Assembly: GCA_039794845.1 (NCBI GenBank)
Contig: JAUQVK010000074.1
Span: 1-19,387, forward strand
DNA: 19,387 bases
Source: Thermostichus sp. DRC_bins_24
Lineage (GTDB): Bacteria > Cyanobacteriota > Cyanobacteriia > Thermostichales > Thermostichaceae
Direction: 5' to 3'
Within the stretch, counting starts at the first letter, position 1; the number at the start of each line of letters is the position of its first letter. The notes below the pieces were generated by a model. It saw only the letters and a list, made by a program, of their open reading frames with translations, was not told where the DNA came from and made no database searches. Position numbers and translations under genes: made by a program. Of the stretch, positions 9,581-17,900 are shown piece after piece.

Positions 9581-10546
9581 ATGAAATCGAAATCGCAACA
9601 GGATGTGATGGATGTGGCTGTTCAGAGTTCTCCCACCGCACTGAAACGGGTTGAGGTACGGCTGCCGGAGAGCAAGACCCAGAACCGAGCCACTCAAGCC
9701 CCGCTTTCAGAAGACTCTGTGGGCATGTTTTTGCGGGAAATGGCTCGCTACCCACTCCTCAATTCTGAACAGGAGGTGAAGCTGGGGCGGCTGATCGCCG
9801 AGGGTGGGGCCTCTGGAGAAGAGGCGAAACGAGAGCTGGTGCGAGCCAATCTGCGCCTGGTGGTCTCTATTGCCAAAAAGTATCTGAATCGTGGTGTGCC
9901 GTTTCTGGATTTGATCCAGGAGGGCACCATTGGCCTGATCCGAGCCGCAGAGAAATTCGAGTACGAACGGGGCTACAAGTTCTCCACCTACGCCTACTGG
10001 TGGATTCGCCAGGGGATCACCCGCGCTGTGGCCAATCAAGCTCGTCTGGTGCGGATCCCGGTGCATATGGTGGAAAAGCTGAACCAGGTGAAGCGGGTGC
10101 GGCGGGAGCTAACCGAAGCCTTGAATCGGCGGCCTACCCAGGCGGAAATTGCCGAAGCCCTAGAGGTTTCCCCCGACAAGCTAGATGCCATTTTGGAAGC
10201 CGGTCGCCAAACCCTTTCGCTGCACGCACGGGTGGGCAAGGAGGAAGATACAGAGCTGATGCAGCTGATCGAGGCTCCTAGCGGCCCTACTCCCGAATCG
10301 CAAATGGATCTACACCTGCTGTCTGCCCGACTGGAAGAATTGCTTAAGCAGCTCAGCCCGCGGGAGCAGGAAATTCTTAGGTTGCGCTATGGTCTGAAAG
10401 ATGGCCACCTGCACACCCTTTCGGAAATTGGGCAGCTTTTCGGCCTGTCTCGGGAGCGTGTTCGGCAAATTCAAGCACGGGCTATGCGCAAACTGCGCCA
10501 TCCCCGCCGCCAAGAAACCCTAGAAGACTGGATGATCTCGCTGTGA
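9581..10546 (+). CDS. Sigma-70 family RNA polymerase sigma factor (RpoD-like, probably group 2)
   Basis: Region 1.2 [16 protein letters not shown], region 2 [13 protein letters not shown]...DLIQEG...[19 protein letters not shown], region 4 [10 protein letters not shown]. Confidence 0.95.
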   Translation: MKSKSQQDVMDVAVQSSPTALKRVEVRLPESKTQNRATQAPLSEDSVGMFLREMARYPLLNSEQEVKLGRLIAEGGASGEEAKRELVRANLRLVVSIAKKYLNRGVPFLDLIQEGTIGLIRAAEKFEYERGYKFSTYAYWWIRQGITRAVANQARLVRIPVHMVEKLNQVKRVRRELTEALNRRPTQAEIAEALEVSPDKLDAILEAGRQTLSLHARVGKEEDTELMQLIEAPSGPTPESQMDLHLLSARLEELLKQLSPREQEILRLRYGLKDGHLHTLSEIGQLFGLSRERVRQIQARAMRKLRHPRRQETLEDWMISL

Positions 10547-10565
10547 TTTCTTGCTGCTGCCCAGC

Positions 10566-11954
10566 TTAAGCCTTCCAGCCTGTCACCTCCAGCTCCAAGC
10601 CAGCTTTGCCAGCAGGATCCTTGGGGCTAGCCGTGCTCAGTTTGCCAGGGTTGAGCAAGTTATAGGGATCCATGCGCTGCTTAAAGGCTTGCTCTTCGGG
10701 ATCCACTGTTTTGAAGCCGCTTTCTTCGATGAGATACGTGTGGCTGTTGCGCACATGCACGCCCTCTGCCTCCATATCCCGAATCACTTGAATCATGTGC
10801 TCATTGCTGACGAAATTGAAGACCGGGGATCCCTGCGCCATCACCCCTCGTCCATCCATGCGCTTCATTTCCAGGCAAAGGGGCCCCAAGGTTTGAAAGC
10901 GCCGCCAAACCCGCTCAATCGAACCCAGGAGATCCTGAGGGGGAAACAGCCCTAGCGCATAGGACAAAGCAATGCCCGCCTTGATCGCGTACAGACCTGT
11001 ATGTCCCCAGGTGTACTCGTAAAGGGGGCCAAATTCGCCCAGTCCAGCGGCTTTGCAGTAGGTGATCTGCCCGCGATGATCCTCCGCCAGCCAACGCAGC
11101 GCCTCCTCATTTTCTGCCGCCACCATGGTCAACACGGTGGAGCGGTGGGCGGGAATATGGGCAGCCAACGGTTTGAAATAGCTAGGCACCGGCCATTCAC
11201 AGAGGGAAATCACCTTTTTGGCGATGCCATCTGCCTGTCCCAACGCCACCGCAAACCCTGCCCCATCCATGAAGTGTTCAAAGCAGAGAATCACCTCCAA
11301 CCACTCCTGCGCCGGGGCGAGGGGCAGTTCCACCTCCAGGATGATGCCGTTGGTGCCGTAGGCATGGTGCACCCAGTTCACGTGGCGACCACGGATTTCG
11401 TGAATGTGCGGCTCTTCCTCCACACTCAAGACCTTCAAGCCGAGAATGTTGCCGGGATCCCGCAAAATGCCGTAGGTCACCGCCCCAATGCCGGCATGGC
11501 CGCCCCCCACAAACCCCCCGACGGTGGCGGTACGCAAAGTAGAAGGATGAATGCGCAACTCCCCCCCCACGGCTTTGGCCGCGGTATCCAGAGATTCCAA
11601 AATGGCTCCTGCCTCCGCCCGCACCCGCCGACCCTGCACCCACAACACTCGCTTGAGCCCGGTCATATCCAAGATCACTCCGCCAAAGAGCGGGATCGCC
11701 TGGCCAAAATTGCCGGTGCCAGCCCCACGGGGCAGCAAGGGGATCCGACGGCGAGCACAAGCCGCTACCACCCGAATCACCTCCGCTTGGCTGCGGGGGG
11801 TGACCACCACTTCTGCCGATTTGCCCTGTAAGTCTTGCTTGAGGATCGGGCTGAAACTCAAGGTCATATCCCGGCTTTTGGCCCGCACCTGGCTGAGGTG
11901 GGTCGAGTAAGGGATCCCTTCTAGATCAACCAGCAGTGCAGTGATATCGTGCAT
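10566..11954 (-). CDS. FAD-binding oxidoreductase (GlcD/VAO-type FAD-linked oxidase)
   Basis: PRGAGTGNFGQAIP FAD-binding loop, ATVGGFVGGG, HAYGTNGIILE, and C-terminal DPYNLLNPGK. Confidence 0.9.
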   Translation of the reverse strand: MHDITALLVDLEGIPYSTHLSQVRAKSRDMTLSFSPILKQDLQGKSAEVVVTPRSQAEVIRVVAACARRRIPLLPRGAGTGNFGQAIPLFGGVILDMTGLKRVLWVQGRRVRAEAGAILESLDTAAKAVGGELRIHPSTLRTATVGGFVGGGHAGIGAVTYGILRDPGNILGLKVLSVEEEPHIHEIRGRHVNWVHHAYGTNGIILEVELPLAPAQEWLEVILCFEHFMDGAGFAVALGQADGIAKKVISLCEWPVPSYFKPLAAHIPAHRSTVLTMVAAENEEALRWLAEDHRGQITYCKAAGLGEFGPLYEYTWGHTGLYAIKAGIALSYALGLFPPQDLLGSIERVWRRFQTLGPLCLEMKRMDGRGVMAQGSPVFNFVSNEHMIQVIRDMEAEGVHVRNSHTYLIEESGFKTVDPEEQAFKQRMDPYNLLNPGKLSTASPKDPAGKAGLELEVTGWKA

Positions 11955-12044
11955 CAATCCGGGATCCTCTTGAACAGACAGGCTTATTCTTCCCTGATGA
12001 GGATCTGCGGACTGGTATTCGTCAATACCAAAATACCAACTGGC

Positions 12045-12554
12045 CTATTGGTAGGTGTTGCAAGAGTTGCGCAAGTCGTAGCCGGAAACCAAAACCTCAG
12101 CTCGCCGATCCCCAAGGCCGATGTCGCAGCGCAAGGGATCCCCGTTGCTGATCACATAGGTATAGGCTTCGGTCATCCAACGAATGCCCGTCAAATTGAG
12201 ATTGGGAGGCACGACTTCAGGAAGCCGATAGTTGGGGGCCTGCCAAGGGTCGTTCAAATAGCGATCTTCGTGAATACCACCGAATTCAATGTCTGTATAG
12301 TCGGAGGGATAAACGGTAAAATCCATGCGATAAACCTCCGAGCCACGGCTGATGGCGGTCAGGGCCGTTTGGGCTTCGGCAACCTTGGAGCGACGAATGT
12401 GGGTGAGCAGACTGGGAATGGCCACGGCGCTGAGAATGCCGACGATCACGATCACCACCAACAGTTCGATTAGCGTCATACCGTGGGAGGTTGCAGCGGC
12501 TCGCTGAAAGAGCATCTTCTTCAGGTAGGCTTCATGAATGGAAAGCTTCTTCAT
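12045..12554 (-). CDS. Type IV pilin-like protein (prepilin N-terminal cleavage/methylation domain)
   Basis: Basic leader, then G^MTLIELLVVIVIVGILSAVAIP (Gly-1, Glu+5), and two C-terminal Cys. ATG 12554 preferred over 12716. Confidence 0.9.
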   Translation of the reverse strand: MKKLSIHEAYLKKMLFQRAAATSHGMTLIELLVVIVIVGILSAVAIPSLLTHIRRSKVAEAQTALTAISRGSEVYRMDFTVYPSDYTDIEFGGIHEDRYLNDPWQAPNYRLPEVVPPNLNLTGIRWMTEAYTYVISNGDPLRCDIGLGDRRAEVLVSGYDLRNSCNTYQ

Positions 12555-12620
12555 GATAAAGACAACCCCAACTTTTCCGCGATATTTTGCCGTGATAATT
12601 AGCCTTCTTCCTGGGCTTAG

Positions 12621-12627
12621 ATTACCC
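12621..12627 (-). promoter_or_regulatory. Candidate SigF-type promoter element GGGTAAT upstream of the pilin
   Basis: The minus strand reads GAAGGGTAATCT about 70 nt upstream of the pilin ATG. GGGTAA is the known SigF element of cyanobacterial pilA promoters. Confidence 0.45.
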
Positions 12628-12831
12628 TTCAAGACCGTGCTATTCTCTCCGTTAAATTGCGTAGGTTTCCAAATTGAGAGGCATTTGATGGGCGTGAATT
12701 TCATGAAATCGATCACAAATTAAGAAGAGATAAAGCTGAGTTCATAGTGGACAATTTCTGGCTTCATGAATTCCTCATCTGTGAATATTTGTTATGAGGC
12801 TGACTGTAGCAGTTCGGAGTAGATTACCCAA

Positions 12832-13572
12832 ATGGTCGAGGGGTGGGTTTGCCTGATCCTATTTTTGGCCACCTTCACCCATGGGCTGTCGGGTTTTGGC
12901 TTGGCTCTGGTGGCGGTGCCGCTGTTGCAACTGGTGGTTGGCTTACGGGTTGCCACCCCCTTGATCTCTTTGGTCTCGGGCATGACGGTGGTGGCCATGG
13001 CTCTGTGCTACCGACGTGCCTTGGAGTGGCGATCCCTTATACGCCTGGCAGTTGGAGCTACCCTGACGATTCCTTTGGGAGTGTGGGCGGCAGCTCGTTG
13101 GGATGAATGCTGGATAACCCTAATTTTGGGGATCCTGCTGGTGTTGTATGCCGCTTATGGATTGATGGGCTTGCGGTTGCCAGAGTTGGGATCCCCCCAC
13201 TGGGCCTGGTTGTTCGGCGGATTGTCGGGTTTTCTTTCCGGTATGGCCAACATTGGCGGCCCCCCAGCCATTGTTTACGCCAATTGTCGCCGTTGGGATC
13301 CAGAACAGTTTAAGGGCAATTTACAGGGTTTGTTTCTGAGCAATCTGGGCACCGTCATACTCAGCCATACGCTTCAGGGCAATTACACACCGCAAGTGTG
13401 GCAGCTGCTAGGGTTGGGGCTACCGGCGATTATCCTTGGTTTCCTCACCGGGATTTGGCTTGCCCGTTTTGTCAGCCCTGTACAGTTTCGTCGGTTGGTG
13501 CTGGTGTCGTTAGTGGGGATTGGGTTGATGCTCCTGTGGAGAGCCCTCTGGGCAACTTTTGGTGAGGGATGA
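12832..13572 (+). CDS. Sulfite exporter TauE/SafE-family membrane protein
   Basis: THGLSGFGLALVAVPLL and GFLSGMANIGGPP repeats; about 8 hydrophobic segments. Confidence 0.88.
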   Translation: MVEGWVCLILFLATFTHGLSGFGLALVAVPLLQLVVGLRVATPLISLVSGMTVVAMALCYRRALEWRSLIRLAVGATLTIPLGVWAAARWDECWITLILGILLVLYAAYGLMGLRLPELGSPHWAWLFGGLSGFLSGMANIGGPPAIVYANCRRWDPEQFKGNLQGLFLSNLGTVILSHTLQGNYTPQVWQLLGLGLPAIILGFLTGIWLARFVSPVQFRRLVLVSLVGIGLMLLWRALWATFGEG

Positions 13573-13648
13573 GTAAGCCTCAAGTGTGTTGTTGCTCCCC
13601 TCAACCTTTGCAACCTATCGACTCATTCCTCACAAGGCTCACACATCC

Positions 13649-13677
13649 TGGACATTCTTGTAGCAACAGTGTAGTAT
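13649..13677 (+). promoter_or_regulatory. Sigma70-type promoter for the leader region
   Basis: TGGACA (13649-13654), 17-nt spacer, TAGTAT (13672-13677). Confidence 0.55.
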
Positions 13678-13754
13678 GCTAGTCAGTCAGGGATCCTCCG
13701 GGTCGTAGAGGTGTTCCTTCCCTGCCTATCTTTGTTCCGATAGGAGTCAAAACT

Positions 13755-14069
13755 GTGTTTCATCCCGCCGTCCTACTACTGATGCCTTCTGGTCGCCCGT
13801 TTGGGTGGCTGGTGGATTCACTGCGGGCCGGTTTTGGCTTGCTCTATGGGGGTGACCTCTTCGATGTCGCTCAGCCCGCAATTTCTCAAGGCTCCCTGGC
13901 TGCTCTGCTGTCCGGCATTCGCCGTCGTAGTTCTGCAGCATTACCCATTCTCTTGATTGCACCCTCTAAAAACTCCACCCAGCAAGGGAGCCTCTCCGAA
14001 ACCATTCATGGCATGTTCCATAACCACCGAAGCCGTCGGTATAGGGCCAGATTAGCTGTACCCCTCTGA
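13755..14069 (+). CDS. Hypothetical 104-aa protein, candidate leader peptide with Arg-rich C-terminus RSRRYRARLAVPL
   Basis: AGGAG at 13742-13746 ahead of GTG 13755, with a promoter upstream and an intrinsic terminator 20 nt after the stop. An in-frame ATG at 14013 would give an 18-aa alternative. Confidence 0.55.
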   Translation: MFHPAVLLLMPSGRPFGWLVDSLRAGFGLLYGGDLFDVAQPAISQGSLAALLSGIRRRSSAALPILLIAPSKNSTQQGSLSETIHGMFHNHRSRRYRARLAVPL

Positions 14070-14088
14070 GGAAACCTTCCTTCCACCG

Positions 14089-14121
14089 ACCCCGCTTCAA
14101 ACTCCAGAGGCGGGGTTTTTT
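14089..14121 (+). terminator. Rho-independent terminator upstream of the alr0857-family gene
   Basis: Stem accccgcttc (14089-14098) / gaggcggggt (14107-14116), 10 bp with one G-U pair, 8-nt loop, T-run to 14121. Confidence 0.85.
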
Positions 14122-14198
14122 AGTGCATCCATTTCCATTCTTGTCTTCATTCCTGGCCGCTGACTGCTCAATCCATTGCTCATCAAAGGGCTTATCTC

Positions 14199-14561
14199 AT
14201 GTTGAAACTGATCTACGGCGATACCGGAGTGTATCTGGAACGGGTGGCTCAAACCCAAGAGGCTTGGCTGCAGCAACAACTGCACTTGGCGGCCTGCGCA
14301 GGAGAAACTCTGTGGCAAGAAATCGCCATCGGTACTTTGCTGCTGCCGCTTGACTGTGCTGGGCAACTGCCCCCGGAGCTGGATTGGATCCCTTGTGACG
14401 ATGCCTGGCTGGAGGTGGAACTGACGGGCTTGTGGCTGGCCGCCAACTCACAGGTGGATACGGGCACCCTGGCCACCGAGCAGGAACCGGAATGGGAAGC
14501 GTTACTGTATCGCCTTTGGCAAGAACAAGAACGGATGCCACAGCCTCCAGAGCCGGTTTAA
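14199..14561 (+). CDS. Conserved cyanobacterial protein, alr0857 family (function unknown)
   Basis: MLKLIYGDTGVYLERVAQTQEAW...CDDAWLEVELTGLWL...LLYRLWQE matches my recollection of the family pattern (MLKLxY...LERL...EV.L.G.W...LY.LWQE). Confidence 0.75.
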   Translation: MLKLIYGDTGVYLERVAQTQEAWLQQQLHLAACAGETLWQEIAIGTLLLPLDCAGQLPPELDWIPCDDAWLEVELTGLWLAANSQVDTGTLATEQEPEWEALLYRLWQEQERMPQPPEPV

Positions 14562-14588
14562 CCCCCAAAAGCTGCGGCAAAACAGCCA

Positions 14589-14617
14589 TTGACGAGACTA
14601 TAATACAACTGTATTAT
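14589..14617 (+). promoter_or_regulatory. Near-consensus sigma70 promoter overlapped by a palindromic operator
   Basis: TTGACG (14589-14594), 17 nt, TATTAT (14612-14617). Perfect inverted repeat ATAATACA-ac-TGTATTAT at 14600-14617. Confidence 0.75.
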
Positions 14618-14644
14618 TTATGTAGCATCGAAAGGAGTGAGGTC

Positions 14645-14869
14645 ATGTTGTTAAGCCATTACTACGTCCGGTCAGAGGAGGTGCTGCGCCACAGTTGGCC
14701 TCGCGGTGAAATCGAAGCGGGGCCGAGTCAGTTGACCCAAGCAGCGGAAGATCTGGAACAGGAGATCCTAGCTATGGCTCACCGCATCGAGTTGGAACAG
14801 GCGAAACTGGCCCAAGAGCGCAGTCTACATCGTTGGGAGTACTGGATGCGCCGCCCTGGATTCTTGTGA
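14645..14869 (+). CDS. Small hypothetical protein (74 aa) with a predicted helical/coiled segment
   Basis: AAGGAG at 14632-14637 before ATG 14645, directly behind a strong promoter. Sequence MLLSHYYVRSEEVLRHSW...WEYWMRRPGFL. Confidence 0.75.
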   Translation: MLLSHYYVRSEEVLRHSWPRGEIEAGPSQLTQAAEDLEQEILAMAHRIELEQAKLAQERSLHRWEYWMRRPGFL

Positions 14870-14972
14870 GGCCCGATAAGGGCTCTGTTAAGGTCTGTAA
14901 AGCACCCCGCTGACGGAGAGCAGCGGCGTTGCAGATGACGGATTGGATCCCTTTGGGGCTTTCAAAAACTTC

Positions 14973-17900
14973 TCAAGCCAAATCCCCCGGCCGCCGTAAC
15001 CCTAAAAAGGGATCCCCTGGACTGATTTTGTAACTCGGATAGGTGTTTTCTGCTGCTGCTGTGCTCTCAAGCCAGGTGGGATGCTCATCTGTCCAGAGGG
15101 GATGGCGAAAGATACGCATCTTTTTGGATCTGCCCTGCTTCAGGTAGCCAGTTAGGGATCCCAGTTGAACTGCTGTTTTGTAGCCCAACTGCCCCATCAG
15201 AGTGGGGATGGGAGCCTGGGATCCCTGCATCAGCCGCTGCCAGGGGTTAGTTCGGGATCCCCAAGGGGTTTGCAGGTCTAGGGGGTGCTGGGGATTGGCA
15301 AGCAGGTGAGCCATGTCGAGGGCTAATCGCCAATCCAACAGGCTGTGATAGGACAAGTTGATGTAGTCCCGCAGGCAGGCATTGCAGGAGCTATCGCACT
15401 GGGACTCGTGTCCGGGATCCAGCCACTGAGCTGCTAGGGTTTGGCTTTGGGTGGGATTCAACTGCTGCAAAAGCGTTGGAAAGATGTCTTCTTTGGCTAG
15501 GTGGGCACAGTAGCCAGCCCCGTTTTCCAAGCTATCTGCCAGAAAAGCTTGGCCAATGACTTGATGGGTCACAGGATCGATGGTGGTGCGAAATCCGGCT
15601 TGCAACTCTGAGGGATCGATATCGAGATAGACGGCAGCCGACAGACGCAGCCAAAAAGCTAATGAATACCAAGCGGCCCGGCCCGTGACGGTGGTGGGAT
15701 CGGCAAAAACACCCTGGGGCCACTGCTGGATCCCAACCAAAAGCACATCTGTTTTGCGATGGGCAAGAAGAGCAATGCGATGGGTGGATCCCCGTGTGGT
15801 TAGGCCCTTGTCTTGATTATTTGTATTGTTTGAAGTTCTGAGTTCTGAGGCTACAACATAAGCTCCCTCAATAGATTTGCCATAGTATGAAACTTGAGTA
15901 GAAAAATCAAATCCGCCATCCCCACCATGATCGTTAATAGTGTAAATATCCTCAGATGGTGCTCCGATGATCGCAGCATTAGCGATCATCTTTGGGTTGG
16001 TCAAATGTTCACTCTTAAAACTGATGGTAGGACGAGTAGAGCGGGGTTGCCATTCAAAGTTGCCATCAAAATCTTCGGGGCTAAAGTTGGTCATAAACCC
16101 TTTGGGTTCACGGGCATCGGGGCAGCGGAGGCTTTTTTCTCGATGACAAACGGGACAGGTCTCTTTGGGTGGCTGCTTACCGGGTTGGGGTTTAGGAATG
16201 AGGGTGTGCGGGTAGACGACTGCTTGACAGTTTTCACAGATACCAATGGTTTGGTTGCCCTCTGTCAGGGGTGGGTAAAACCCTGGCTTGCTGATCCCTT
16301 GGGGTAGAAACTCAACGACTCCACAGGCTTTGTGCACAGCTTTATCTTTGACGATTTCCGATCCGGGTGCAAACTGGCTGATGGCTACATCGAGGTTGCG
16401 ATCAATCGTGCCTGTCTCTGGAGGCCAACTCTTGGACCTAGAGGGTTTGCGGGTATACAACAGCCGCACCCGGGTTGGGAAACCAAACATCGGCAGCCAC
16501 CCGGCATTGGCCATGCGCTCACTGAGAGAATCCTGAGTGTAGGTGGGATCCGACACAATTTGGTCAATAATACTAACCAATTCATTCTGAATAAAGTGGA
16601 TCCAATCCCTTGACGGCAGATTTGTCTGAACTTGTAGAGCTTGCAAAATAGCCCTTATTTGACTTTGGCTCTGGGGATCCCCAATCCATTTTGCTAATTC
16701 AGGTTTGATCTGTGGCCAGTCCTTGACTTGACCGAATTCTCCATGGACATTGTCAACTGCAGCAAAGGCATCTTCTTTGAATTCCTCTCGGATAGATATA
16801 AAAGCTTGACGGAGAACTTCTTTGATAAAAACTCGCCGAAAAATAGCTTCTTGCCGCATATCCACATAGGGTGTCGGCGGGGGATCCCCGGTCATTTTTT
16901 CGGGATGCTGGAAGTAGTAATCATCGTGGCTGCGGCCCCGACAGAAGGTGACCGCCAAAGAAAGACTGGATCCCCGGCGCCCGGCGCGCCCCACACGTTG
17001 TTGATAGTTAAACCGACGGGGGGGCATATTCCCTAACATTACTGCCAAGAGGGATCCAATATCTACCCCTGCCTCCATGGTGGTGGTAACACTGAGCAAA
17101 TCAATCCCTAAAACGTGTTGATCCTTTTTTTCCTTGGGCGCGAACCTCTCCTGAAACCAACGCTGCCTTTTGGTACGCTCATTTTTATCTGTTTGCCCAG
17201 TTAACTCAGCCGCATTCATGCGAAAGGGATCCCCGGATTGTTCAACTAGGTAGGAGTAGTAATCAAAGTCTGAGCTGACTTGGCTGGGCTTTAGGCGAGC
17301 ACAGCATTCGGGGCAGTAACCGCCAGCAGGATGTAGGTAAAAGGCATTGCAGCGTTCACAGCGATAACCTGAGATTTGATTGTTTTCGGAATCTTTAAGC
17401 GGTAAGTTTAGGTATAAGAAGTTGGGATTAAGCGCCAGTCCGCTGCTAGATGGAATAAAAGCTTCAGCCTTCTCTAAAATATCTCTGATCTCCTGTTCTT
17501 TAATCTCAAGCTGGCTTAGATATTTTATATATTGTCTAAGGAGCTTATCATCCGTACCAGAAAAGAAAAACTTGCTGTAGTTGTAACGAAAACGAATGCC
17601 AAGCATACGAATGCCGGCATCAATCGCCTGAATAATTTGATCACGGATCCCGTTTTTAACTTTGCAGGTGACCCAACCTCGTCCAAGACTTTCTAAAGTT
17701 CTAACGGAGTGGGGAAAGAGGACGTACATAATCTCAGAGATCAGCTTATCTCTTAGTTTCTTGACATGATCTGCTTGTTCTTTAGCTTGGTTGTTGTCAG
17801 AGTGAGATGTTATGGGCATATTCTGCCATTCAAAGCATTCCCACCAATCATTTTGTCTTTCATTACCAATCCTAAACTTCAAGCTCGAATGCTCTGTACC

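Noticed and set aside
11001..11831. 276-aa plus-strand ORF, and similar overlapping short ORFs elsewhere in the track
   Set aside because: Lies antisense or out of frame to well-supported genes, as expected in GC-rich coding DNA.
13659..13674. Possible NtcA site at tgtagcaacagtgtag
   Set aside because: GTA-N8 is followed by GTA rather than TAC, so it is not a match.
13684..14121. Known riboswitch or housekeeping RNA (cobalamin, Moco, TPP, tmRNA, RNase P, SRP)
   Set aside because: I could not recognise their conserved cores by eye; an Rfam cmscan would be decisive.
14432..14644. Longer 145-aa version of the small ORF
   Set aside because: Overlaps the alr0857-family gene and runs through a clear promoter and RBS that define ATG 14645.
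14870..14972. Short hairpins (ccgctg/cagcgg at 14907-14926) as a terminator or island attachment site
   Set aside because: Only a 6-bp stem with no U-tract, and no tRNA, integrase or direct repeat is visible to define a boundary.
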